In this document: one piece after another, positions 1-7,686 of the stretch
Layout: every line of letters begins with the position of its first letter
Numbering within the stretch: the first letter of the stretch is position 1
Assembly (NCBI RefSeq): GCF_000011325.1
Contig: NC_003450.3
Location: 180,001 to 212,000 of the forward strand
Length of the DNA: 32,000 nt
Reading direction: 5' to 3'
Source of the DNA: Corynebacterium glutamicum ATCC 13032
Lineage (GTDB): Bacteria; Actinomycetota; Actinomycetes; Mycobacteriales; Mycobacteriaceae
Translations under genes and position numbers: made by a program
Notes under the pieces: generated by a model
Seen by the model: the letters and a program-made list of their open reading frames with translations, nothing else
What the model was told of the DNA's origin: nothing
The model's database searches: none

Positions 1-714
1 ATGGAACTTGTCGAAGCCGCCGAAAAGGCTGGAGTGCTGCTCAACGTCTTCCACAACAGGCGCAACGACACCCACATTGTCACGGCACTGGGAATCCAAG
101 AAGAACTTGGTGCGATGCGTGGACTGGACCTGCGACTAGACCTGATCGAACCTGATTCCTTGGAGGCAGGTCCTGAAGGTGGTTTGCTGCGCGATCTGGG
201 CTCACACGTAGTCGATCAGACCCTGGTTCTCATGGGGCCGGCTACCTCTGTCACCGCCCAACTTGGATCCATCGACCTTCCAGAAGGCCCAACCAACGCA
301 AGGTTCCGCATCGTGTTGGAACATGAATCGGGCGCCGTATCGCACATTTCTGCCAGCAAGATTGACCGCTTGGAGTCCTGGGAAATCCGCTTGGTGGGCG
401 AGCGCGGCTCCTACGTATCCAACTACACCGACGTGCAGACCGTGGCGATCAAACAGGGACTTCGACCAACCAATGACCGCGAACACTGGGGCTACGAATC
501 GGAGGAGCGGTGGGGCACCTTGGTTACCGATGAAGGCTCAAAGGTGATTCCTTCAGCACAAGGCGATTACACCCGCTTCTACGATGCCTTTGCCTTGGCT
601 GTGGAAAACGGTGGCGCAGGGCCGGTGCCTGCACGTGAAGGTGTTGCAGTGCTCAAGGTGTTGGATGCTGTAGCCCAGAGCGCTGCGGAAAAACGCACCA
701 TTGAGTTGAGCTAA
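1..714 (+). CDS. Gfo/Idh/MocA-family (inositol/sugar) oxidoreductase, C-terminal part; 5' end lies outside the window
   Basis: The frame is open from the window edge to TAA at 712-714. The translated sequence looks like the C-terminal substrate/dimerisation domain of Gfo/Idh/MocA dehydrogenases. The neighbourhood is inositol/sugar related. Confidence 0.7.
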   Translation: MELVEAAEKAGVLLNVFHNRRNDTHIVTALGIQEELGAMRGLDLRLDLIEPDSLEAGPEGGLLRDLGSHVVDQTLVLMGPATSVTAQLGSIDLPEGPTNARFRIVLEHESGAVSHISASKIDRLESWEIRLVGERGSYVSNYTDVQTVAIKQGLRPTNDREHWGYESEERWGTLVTDEGSKVIPSAQGDYTRFYDAFALAVENGGAGPVPAREGVAVLKVLDAVAQSAAEKRTIELS

Positions 715-806
715 GGAGAAGTGCTGCTGGCTGCTAGCGGTAATTAGACGTCTGTCTCTAGGGATGCCGCATCCCGCCGGCGCTCCTAGAGTCCGTTTGT
801 AAAACC

Positions 807-831
807 TAGAATTCCGAATACGTTCCGAATA
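807..831 (+). promoter_or_regulatory. Putative -10 box plus tandem operator-like direct repeats upstream of the antitoxin-like ORF
   Basis: TAGAAT lies at 807-812. TTCCGAATA occurs twice, at 812-820 and 823-831 (11-bp register). Both sit immediately upstream of the G-rich RBS GGGTGGGGG (832-840) and the ATG at 842. Confidence 0.3.
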
Positions 832-841
832 GGGTGGGGGT

Positions 842-1300
842 ATGAGTAAGATAGTTGATCTGCGCTATGGGACCCGGCGTTCCTCGGAGTTGAGCAAACG
901 CTCTGCTGAAGTCTTTGCCGAAGCTGAAGAACATCCCATTACTGTGACACGTCGTGATGGTGAAGCGTTGGTATTGATGTCGCAGCGCGAAGCTGACGGG
1001 CGAGCCCGCCTGCTGGAGTTGGCTGCACAGTTAATTACTGTGGCCACTGATCATCAGGGCACGTTAGCCGAACGTATGGCGAAAGTATTCCCGTGGATGC
1101 TGGCCCTGTCAGTGGCGGATCGTGAGGCGTGTGCCCGTGAGATTCTTGACGCTGCACGAGCATCGTTTGCAACCGAACAACCTCACCTCGCTCTTACTGA
1201 ACTGACCTCATGGAAAGAAACAGCAGCAGCTGTTGCTGCTGGATTGAGTAACACTGATCTGCAGTGGTACGACGATCCGCATCTGGTGGAGCGTCCCTAA
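842..1300 (+). CDS. Phd/YefM-like putative antitoxin with an extra C-terminal domain (152 aa)
   Basis: ATG at 842 is preceded by a G-rich RBS. The N-terminus (SELSKRSAEVFAEAEEHPITVTRRDGEALVLMSQREAD) matches the Phd/YefM pattern of query, hidden, then 'pv.itr.g....vl.s.eey'. It is tightly coupled to the next ORF. Confidence 0.5.
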   Translation: MSKIVDLRYGTRRSSELSKRSAEVFAEAEEHPITVTRRDGEALVLMSQREADGRARLLELAAQLITVATDHQGTLAERMAKVFPWMLALSVADREACAREILDAARASFATEQPHLALTELTSWKETAAAVAAGLSNTDLQWYDDPHLVERP

Positions 1301-1302
1301 GC

Positions 1303-1650
1303 GTGGCTGGAAAGAAAAGCGAGTTAGTTCCTCGCCCGCGCAAGAAAAACGAATTCGAAAGCCGCTTTGCTACCACTCACGCAGCAAAAGGGTGGCGAGA
1401 TTTAGTGGCAAGCATCCGTAACCCCATGGCAGAGACGTGGGATTTTTTGACCGTGACGCCGCTGTTGACCACGCCGACGAACTACCGACTTAAAGGTGAA
1501 TTGGGTATCGTTCACCATAATGGGAAGGCGCATGATCGGTGGCAACATAAATCTACTGCGAAAGGGTCTGCTCGAATCTGGTTTTATGTTGAGAAGAACA
1601 CTGTGTTCCTCGAGCAGGTCCATACCCATCATCCTAATGAGACGAAGTAA
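1303..1650 (+). CDS. RelE/ParE-superfamily-like putative toxin (about 115 aa; alternative GTG start at 1264)
   Basis: GTG at 1303 lies 2 nt after the upstream TAA (1298-1300). The size is small. The C-terminal pattern YRLKGELG...ARIWFYVEKNTVFLEQVHTHH resembles the 'L.G.l...yR.r.g.yRiiY.v....v.i..v.h' layout of RelE/ParE toxins. This is a pattern call only, with no profile search. Confidence 0.4.
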   Translation: MAGKKSELVPRPRKKNEFESRFATTHAAKGWRDLVASIRNPMAETWDFLTVTPLLTTPTNYRLKGELGIVHHNGKAHDRWQHKSTAKGSARIWFYVEKNTVFLEQVHTHHPNETK

Positions 1651-1683
1651 TCCCTCATTAGGAAGTCCAAGTATTTGGGGTAG

Positions 1684-2679
1684 CTATCCACGTGGCGCGC
1701 ACGTGCCCCGTTCAATCAGCGAGGGCTGCAACGTATGCATGATCTCCGGGTGGGGTGCCTCGGGATCAAGCATGCTCAGCAACAAGAGAGCGGCGTTGTA
1801 GCCGACGCCGATGCTGTTGTCGTCGATGGTGGTGAGGTTGATCAGTCGGGTTTGGGCGAGGGGAGTGTTGTCATATCCGATTATTGATAGATCTTCAGGT
1901 ACGCGTAAACCTAGTTCACGGGCGGCACCGAGTGCTCCGATGGCGGTGATGTCGTTTGAGGAGAAAATGGCGGTGACCTCCGGGTGCTCTTTGAGTAGTG
2001 CGAGGGTTTCGGTGTACCCGGCGTGCTCAACGGCGGGGCCGAGGTAATCGTTGGAAAGCGGCTCCAGGCCATGTGCACGCATGGTTGCCTCAAAGCTTTC
2101 GAAGCGTCGTAAGCCAGCGCCGCTTCCCACGCGTAGGTGGGCGATGTGGGTGTGTCCAAGATCGATGAGGTGTTTTGTGGCTATTTCTGCGCCCCGGAAG
2201 TCATCGTTGGCCACTGAATCATGGGTGCTGGCTTGGGTGATTCTGGTGCCTGCGATGACAAATGGGGGTAGGGAATCGGGGACAGTGAAATCGGGGATGT
2301 CTTGGGCGATGATGATTCCATCGGGGCGCATTGATAGTGCACTGGTAATGGGATCGGTGCCGGCTTGAGAGGTTAATGAGTCAATGACGGACAGTCGGTA
2401 CCCCTTGGGGGTGAGCACATCGCTGAGGCTTTGAATCAGGTCGATGAACCACGGGTTGGAGTAGTCGTCGATAAGCACTGCAATGAGCTGCGTGCGCTTG
2501 GCCGCAAGGTCTGATGCGGCGCGATTTGGCTGGTAGTTGAGCTTTTTTATCGCGGTCTTGACCGCGGCTTCGGATTCTTTGCTCACGTTGGGGGAGCCGC
2601 GAAGCACGAGAGAAACCAAGGATTTGGAGACGCCTGCGGCTTTGGCGACGTCATAAATTGTGGGGCGGGATGTGCTCAT
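1684..2679 (-). CDS. LacI-family transcriptional regulator (331 aa)
   Basis: The N-terminal HTH is PTIYDVAKAAGVSKSLVSLVLRG. It is followed by a periplasmic-binding-protein-like sugar-binding core. The gene is divergent from a sugar oxidoreductase operon. Confidence 0.9.
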   Translation of the reverse strand: MSTSRPTIYDVAKAAGVSKSLVSLVLRGSPNVSKESEAAVKTAIKKLNYQPNRAASDLAAKRTQLIAVLIDDYSNPWFIDLIQSLSDVLTPKGYRLSVIDSLTSQAGTDPITSALSMRPDGIIIAQDIPDFTVPDSLPPFVIAGTRITQASTHDSVANDDFRGAEIATKHLIDLGHTHIAHLRVGSGAGLRRFESFEATMRAHGLEPLSNDYLGPAVEHAGYTETLALLKEHPEVTAIFSSNDITAIGALGAARELGLRVPEDLSIIGYDNTPLAQTRLINLTTIDDNSIGVGYNAALLLLSMLDPEAPHPEIMHTLQPSLIERGTCAPRG

Positions 2680-2703
2680 CTTCTGTGATTTTCTCTTGAA
2701 CTA

Positions 2704-2732
2704 TTGACAGGACATTTAAACAAATATAGCTT
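2704..2732 (+). promoter_or_regulatory. Candidate sigma-A type promoter for the oxidoreductase operon
   Basis: TTGACA at 2704-2709, a 17-nt spacer, then TAGCTT (TAnnnT) at 2727-2732. An alternative -10 is TATAGC at 2725-2730. It lies directly upstream of the palindromic operator. Confidence 0.35.
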
Positions 2733-2735
2733 GTG

Positions 2736-2749
2736 TTGGAGCGCTCCAA
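2736..2749. promoter_or_regulatory. Perfect 14-bp palindrome TTGGAGCGCTCCAA, a LacI-type operator candidate
   Basis: The dyad is perfect with a central CG, as in LacI/GalR operators. It sits in the 139-bp divergent intergenic region between the LacI gene (start 2679) and the oxidoreductase gene (start 2819). Confidence 0.6.
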
Positions 2750-2818
2750 TTGCGTAGTGGATCACAATACCGGATCCACATGGTCTAACAACACATCATC
2801 TTTTTCGAGGAGGTCATA

Positions 2819-4054
2819 GTGACTCAGCAAGAACTTCGCGTAGCTGTCATTGGTGCAGGCATGGCAGGCAAAGCACACGCAGCGGGCTACCGCACCGCAT
2901 CCAGCATCTACTCCACCACTCTGCCCAACATCCGTTTGGTTTCCATCGCGGATGCCAACGTGCAGCTAGCTGAAGAAACCGCAGCACGCTTTGGCTTTGA
3001 GCGCTTTGATACCTCTTGGCAGGCGATCGTTGAGGCCGATGACATCGATGTTGTCAGCGTCGTGGTGGCTAACTTCCTGCACCGCGAAATCGTGGAAGCA
3101 CTTCTGGCATCCGGCAAGCATGTGCTGTGCGAGAAGCCACTGTCAGACACCATCGAAGATGCAGAAGCCATGATTGAGGCAGCCGGCCGTGCAGCAACAA
3201 ATGGCACCATCGCCCGCATCGGACTGACCTACCGCCGTTCCCCAGGCGTGGCACACATCCGTGATCTCGTGCAGTCCGGCGAGCTTGGCAAGGTTCTACA
3301 CGTCACCGGCCACTACTGGACCGACTACGGATCCAATGCACAGGCACCAATCAGCTGGCGTTACAAGGGGCCAAACGGCTCCGGCGCACTGGCAGATGTG
3401 GGAAGCCACCTCACCTACCTGGCAGAATTCGTTGCAGGATCTGACTTCGCCGCCGTCCGTGGTGGCCAGTTGTCCACCGTGATCACCGAGCGCCCCAAGC
3501 CACTCGGCGCGATTGTCGGCCACGAAGGCGGCGCAGTTTCCGATGAATACGAAGCAGTGGAAAATGATGACATTGCATCATTCTCCGGATCCTTCATCGG
3601 TGGCGGAACCGCAACCCTCCAGGTCAGCCGCATTTCCCAGGGACACCCAAACACCCTAGGTTTTGAAGTGTTCTGTGAAAAGGGCTCCGTGCTCTTTGAT
3701 TTCCGCAACTCAGGCGAATTCAAAATCTTCACCCCAGCAACCTCCGGTGACATCAGCCAAGAAGCCGGCTACCGCACCATCACCATCGGACCAAAGCACC
3801 CATACTGGCGCGGCGGCCTTGCAATGGATGCACCAGGCGTGGGAATTGGCCAAAACGAAGGCTTCGTTTTCCAGGCGCGCGCATTCCTCGAAGAAATCGC
3901 AGGAATCTCCGAAGCTGAAAGCCTGCCACGCTGCGCAACTTTGGAAGAAGGGCTACACAATATGCAGCTCATTGATGCTGTATCACAGTCAGCTGCAGCA
4001 GGTGGCGAAACCGTTGCGGTCCCAGCGGCTGCTCTGATCCCTGCAAACAACTAG
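2819..4054 (+). CDS. Gfo/Idh/MocA-family NAD(P)-dependent oxidoreductase (411 aa)
   Basis: GTG start with RBS GAGGAGG at 2807-2813. Rossmann motif VAVIGAGMAGKAH. The family's conserved EKP motif is present (VLCEKPLS). Confidence 0.9.
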   Translation: MTQQELRVAVIGAGMAGKAHAAGYRTASSIYSTTLPNIRLVSIADANVQLAEETAARFGFERFDTSWQAIVEADDIDVVSVVVANFLHREIVEALLASGKHVLCEKPLSDTIEDAEAMIEAAGRAATNGTIARIGLTYRRSPGVAHIRDLVQSGELGKVLHVTGHYWTDYGSNAQAPISWRYKGPNGSGALADVGSHLTYLAEFVAGSDFAAVRGGQLSTVITERPKPLGAIVGHEGGAVSDEYEAVENDDIASFSGSFIGGGTATLQVSRISQGHPNTLGFEVFCEKGSVLFDFRNSGEFKIFTPATSGDISQEAGYRTITIGPKHPYWRGGLAMDAPGVGIGQNEGFVFQARAFLEEIAGISEAESLPRCATLEEGLHNMQLIDAVSQSAAAGGETVAVPAAALIPANN

Positions 4055-4076
4055 AAACTATTCAGAAAGCATCACC

Positions 4077-5090
4077 ATGAAACTCGGTCTCTACAACGCG
4101 ATCTTCCACGACCGCACCCTGCCAGAAGCGCTCGCAGCCATCAAAGCTGCAGGTCTCACCGGAATTGAACTCAACACCGGCGGATTTTTGCCTGCAACCC
4201 ACATCCCGACCATCGATGACATCCTGGTCAGCGATGATGCCCGCGATGAATTCCTCGGGATTTTCGAAGGCACCGGCGTCGACATCTACGGCCTTAACTG
4301 CAACGGCAACCCGCTTCACCCCAACAAGGCGATCGGGGACAAGCATGCCGAAGACATTCGACGTTCCATCCGCCTCGCAGAGCGCCTCGGCCAAAACCGT
4401 GTGGTCACCATGTCTGGTCTTCCTGGTGGCGAACCAGGCGCGAAGTACACCAACTGGGTTGTCAACGCGTGGAACTCCGCAGCCTTGGATGTCCTTGATT
4501 ACCAATGGGATATCGCAGCTGAATTCTGGCGCGAGACCGACCGCTTCGCCGCAGATCACGGCGTGAAAGTGGCTCTTGAGCTGCACCCACAGAACATCGT
4601 GTTCAACTCCGCTGACGTGCATAAGCTCATCGATCTCACCGGCGCCACCCACGTGGGCGTCGAACTGGATGCATCACACCTGTTCTGGCAGCAGATGGAC
4701 CCAATCGCTGTGATTGATCACCTCGGCGAGCTCATCTTCCACGCCGCCGCCAAAGACGTGCGAGTTAATAAGGAATGGGCTCAGCTCAACGGTGTGCTGG
4801 ACAACAGCTTCCGACGCCTTGACCCATCCGAAAACCGCACCAACTTGGGCGGCGACGAGTGGGCGAATGAATGGCCAAAGAACTCTGCTTGGGATTTCGT
4901 TGCTCTGGGCCGCGGTCATGACGTTGCTTACTGGACCGAATTCCTCCGCGCACTTCACCGCGTCGATCCAAACATGCTGGTCAACATCGAACACGAGGAT
5001 GTTTCACTCGGTCGCGAAGAAGGCGTCAACGAAGCCGCTAAGGTGCTGATCGAGGCCAACAAGGCACTCGAAGAGTCCCTGGTTTCTTAA
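4077..5090 (+). CDS. Sugar phosphate isomerase/epimerase (xylose-isomerase-like TIM barrel, 337 aa)
   Basis: It lies 22 nt downstream of the oxidoreductase gene. TIM-barrel family signatures are present (LELHPQN, NIEHED). This is a typical partner of Gfo/Idh/MocA enzymes in inositol/sugar clusters. Confidence 0.85.
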   Translation: MKLGLYNAIFHDRTLPEALAAIKAAGLTGIELNTGGFLPATHIPTIDDILVSDDARDEFLGIFEGTGVDIYGLNCNGNPLHPNKAIGDKHAEDIRRSIRLAERLGQNRVVTMSGLPGGEPGAKYTNWVVNAWNSAALDVLDYQWDIAAEFWRETDRFAADHGVKVALELHPQNIVFNSADVHKLIDLTGATHVGVELDASHLFWQQMDPIAVIDHLGELIFHAAAKDVRVNKEWAQLNGVLDNSFRRLDPSENRTNLGGDEWANEWPKNSAWDFVALGRGHDVAYWTEFLRALHRVDPNMLVNIEHEDVSLGREEGVNEAAKVLIEANKALEESLVS

Positions 5091-5100
5091 AAAAACTACG

Positions 5101-5137
5101 CCTGCCCCGCAACGCTTGCGGGGCAGGTTGCGCTTTT
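5101..5137 (+). terminator. Rho-independent terminator candidate after the isomerase gene
   Basis: 10-bp GC-rich stem CCTGCCCCGC (5101-5110) / GCGGGGCAGG (5118-5127) with a 7-nt loop. It is followed by TTGCGCTTTT. Confidence 0.6.
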
Positions 5138-5213
5138 AAAAAGATGCTTATCGACGCACCCCTCCTTCTGCATATACGATCGAGCACATCTAACAAAAGG
5201 CAGGGGTTCAGGC

Positions 5214-5645
5214 ATGTATTCCAACAATTTGTTTCTCTTATCCGTGTCTGAAGATAGTGAAGAATATGAATGCTGCGTCGGCCTATTAGATGGTTCAGAT
5301 GGACTTGCTTATATCGAGAAGCTTCTCAAAGGAAGAAGGCTGAAGAATCATCATCTAGTGTGGGATCAGATTGATAAGGCCACTATCGCTCGTGAACCAA
5401 TACACAAAGGGCAATTGGTTCATCTGATATTTTTGACCGCACTAACCACACCTGGCGAATTCTCCTTTGTTTACCCAGGTCAAAACCTTATCGAAGCAAC
5501 ACTTGAAAAAGATTATGCTGCACTTGTACTTGACGAAGAGCGCAAACAATTTGTACCTGAACTGATTCAAATGTGGTCACTCCCCGTCGGGTGGGTCGCT
5601 CCTGGGCTTGAAGATTTCTTGTATCGCAATTCGGAGTGGTACTAA
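5214..5645 (+). CDS. Hypothetical protein (143 aa), AT-rich orphan
   Basis: ATG at 5214 has an upstream AAAGGCAGGGG. It is an uninterrupted ORF in an otherwise ORF-poor AT-rich stretch. I recognise no family. Confidence 0.45.
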   Translation: MYSNNLFLLSVSEDSEEYECCVGLLDGSDGLAYIEKLLKGRRLKNHHLVWDQIDKATIAREPIHKGQLVHLIFLTALTTPGEFSFVYPGQNLIEATLEKDYAALVLDEERKQFVPELIQMWSLPVGWVAPGLEDFLYRNSEWY

Positions 5646-6008
5646 ATCTAACCTGACTTTCACCATTTTGTTCGGTCCCGAGTTCCGACCTGATCAGAGC
5701 ATTGATTGCACACTGACCGTTGGACGATACATGTGCTTTAAGTTCGATTTCTCACCGTCGATACCGCTAGGGAAACAGCCAAAAACGGCACGAAATTGGA
5801 GTCGAGAAATTGAGTTTGCGGTATTGCTGTTGCGAACTCGATACCGTGAAATCGAGATTAATAAACCACGGCGTTTATCGCTTGTTTAAGGTGTTGATTT
5901 TTTCCGATGGGTGCTTGTATCACTCGAGGGCTTAAAGGCCTTGAGAGGCGATTCTGGGAGGTTACTTTTTCGGGGCCTTTTGAGCAGTTTTTCACCGCAG
6001 TTCATTTG

Positions 6009-6130
6009 GAGACCAAGGATGATTGTAGGGGACTTAGTTTTGGTCATATATGACGTTTTATTTGATCTGGTGACCAAGGATCTTTGATCATCCTATGTAT
6101 TTGGTCGTATATGCCGGTTTTGGAAGATTG
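6009..6130. repeat. Two imperfect tandem 61-bp units upstream of cspA
   Basis: Unit 1 is 6009-6069 and unit 2 is 6070-6130. The conserved blocks G.GACCAAGGAT and TTTGGTC.TATATG.CG keep an identical 61-bp register. Unit 1 carries the perfect 12-bp palindrome GTCATATATGAC at 6043-6054. Confidence 0.55.
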
Positions 6131-6507
6131 CCGCAACCAGATCATTAATTTTTCGCAGCTCAGGAAAAACATTGTGTGTGAGGAGGGGTGAAGTGTGCTG
6201 ACCTTGCAATACTGGGAGATAAAACGACATAAGTGTGTTAGAAAGTGTGCCGGATTGTCTGCTTTTACACCCCAATTTTGAAAAGAAAGTTTCCCATCAG
6301 CGCAGATTCATGGCAGACTAGACGTTAGTCGCGATTTCTATTCGCAGTGTTTAGGCGCTGATAAGAGATATAACTGTGAGCGCCTAGTTTTCCTTTACCC
6401 TGCAGCATCTGTGAAGGTAGATGGTTTGACGAGGAGTTCCAACGACTCGGACGCTGGTGAATCATGCTGGCGAACGTAGCATCACCTGATTAGGAAAAGG
6501 TACAAAT

Positions 6508-6711
6508 ATGGCACAGGGTACTGTGAAATGGTTCAACGGCGAAAAGGGATTTGGTTTCATCGCTCCCAACGATGGCTCCGCAGATCTCTTCGTCCACTAC
6601 TCTGAGATTCAGGGCTCCGGTTTCCGTAATCTTGAGGAAAACCAGCCAGTTGAATTTGAGGTCGGCGAGGGCGCCAAGGGCCCACAGGCTCAGCAGGTTC
6701 GTGCTCTCTAA
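6508..6711 (+). CDS. cspA: Cold-shock protein, CspA family (67 aa)
   Basis: The sequence [18 protein letters not shown] has RNP-1 (KGFGFI) and RNP-2 (LFVHYS) motifs. The RBS is AGGAAAAGG at 6492-6500. Confidence 0.95.
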   Translation: MAQGTVKWFNGEKGFGFIAPNDGSADLFVHYSEIQGSGFRNLEENQPVEFEVGEGAKGPQAQQVRAL

Positions 6712-6734
6712 GCTCTAACTGCTAGCTAAAAATT

Positions 6735-6767
6735 CCGCTTCGTCCTTTTCGGACGGGGCGGTTTTTT
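6735..6767 (+). terminator. Rho-independent terminator of cspA
   Basis: Stem CCGCTTCGTCC (6735-6745) / GGACGGGGCGG (6751-6761), including two G-U pairs. A T6 run follows at 6762-6767. Confidence 0.8.
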
Positions 6768-6828
6768 AATGGGTGGATTGTGCCCCTCGAGATCGCTCAA
6801 TCGTCTTTATTTTCAATTCATTAAGTCG

Positions 6829-6857
6829 TTGACAATTCGTAAAATTGCGTCTAGAAC
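6829..6857 (+). promoter_or_regulatory. Candidate promoter for the membrane-protein/wHTH operon
   Basis: TTGACA at 6829-6834, a 17-nt spacer, then TAGAAC at 6852-6857. This favours the ATG at 6877 over the ATG at 6769. Confidence 0.4.
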
Positions 6858-6876
6858 TAATGCTATAACGGGGAGA

Positions 6877-7305
6877 ATGAAAAGCTTTACGCACACTGCT
6901 CACTTGGCGCAGTCTGGAAATCCGAGGAACATTTCACAAGCAGAGGGGTGGTTGCTTGTAGTTCAATCTATGGGAATTGCTGTATTGCTTGCAGTTAGTT
7001 TTCAGTCCCATTTGTGGGAGTGGGGTGGGATCATAAGGATGCTCGCCCAAATCGTATTTATTATCTTGATTATCTTGGTGTCTAGAGGGCTTGCGAAGAC
7101 TAGGCGGGTTCATCCTCGGGGATTTAAATGGCGTCTTACCTGCGCAGGAATCTTACCGGTAGTTGTGGCAGTGATTGGTGGATGGTTCTGGACGGCTCCC
7201 ACATTTCATGACACATCGTGGATAATTACAACAGCAGTGGCAGTGGGAGCAAGCCTTCCTGGTGCTTTGGTTGGTTTGGAATTAGTGGTTAGAGGAAACA
7301 AGTGA
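6877..7305 (+). CDS. Small integral membrane protein (142 aa from ATG 6877)
   Basis: ATG at 6877 is preceded by GGGGAG. There are about four hydrophobic segments. The longer ORF from 6769 would overlap the cspA terminator. The stop overlaps the next start (GTGA at 7302-7305). Confidence 0.6.
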   Translation: MKSFTHTAHLAQSGNPRNISQAEGWLLVVQSMGIAVLLAVSFQSHLWEWGGIIRMLAQIVFIILIILVSRGLAKTRRVHPRGFKWRLTCAGILPVVVAVIGGWFWTAPTFHDTSWIITTAVAVGASLPGALVGLELVVRGNK

Positions 7306-7610
7306 ATCTCGAAGAAGCACGAATCGCTTTGAATGACACCATTCATTCACCTGTTCGTCTGGCGTTGATGGCCGCGTTAAATTCTGTTGATTCAGCTGAT
7401 TACCAAAGTCTTCGTGAAGAACTGGGCGTAAGCTACTCGTTGCTTTCTAAACACGCTGCAATACTTGAACAAGCCGGTTATTTGAAAATTTCCAAAGCTT
7501 TTGATGGACGAACACCCATCACTCATCTGAATTTAACTCGTGATGGACGGCAGGCTTTTCAAAGTTACCTTTCTGCGCTGGATCGGTTGGTACGGGGGTT
7601 AACAACCTAG
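7302..7610 (+). CDS. Winged-helix transcriptional regulator (HTH_34 / ArsR-MarR-like, 102 aa)
   Basis: IHSPVRLALMAALNS...YQSLREELGVSYSLLSKHAAILEQAGYLKISKAFDGRTPITHLNLTRDGRQAF matches the winged-helix DNA-binding pattern. It is translationally coupled to the upstream membrane protein. Confidence 0.75.
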   Translation: MNLEEARIALNDTIHSPVRLALMAALNSVDSADYQSLREELGVSYSLLSKHAAILEQAGYLKISKAFDGRTPITHLNLTRDGRQAFQSYLSALDRLVRGLTT

Positions 7611-7686
7611 CTTTGTATCTGAAGGCTTCGGAGATTTCCTGTATACATCAACAATTGCCCTTTAACCAGGAGTATTCTTAGCTTCT

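Noticed and set aside
756-791. Nested inverted repeats follow the first dehydrogenase gene: CTCTAGG...CCTAGAG enclosing GGGATG-ccg-CATCCC.
   Set aside because: This could be a terminator, but there is no U-tract and the two stems compete for the same bases. It is too weak to call.
5608-6275. Three ORFs in the AT-rich cspA upstream region: 5608-5889 (+), 5886-6077 (-) and 6093-6275 (-).
   Set aside because: Their composition is not protein-like, they have no RBS, and they overlap the 61-bp tandem repeats. I treat the region as non-coding.
6769-6876. An upstream ATG at 6769 would extend the membrane-protein ORF to 178 aa.
   Set aside because: It would start inside the T-tract of the cspA terminator and upstream of the TTGACA-17-TAGAAC promoter candidate. 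The extra 36 residues are not membrane- or signal-like. ATG 6877 has a GGGGAG RBS.
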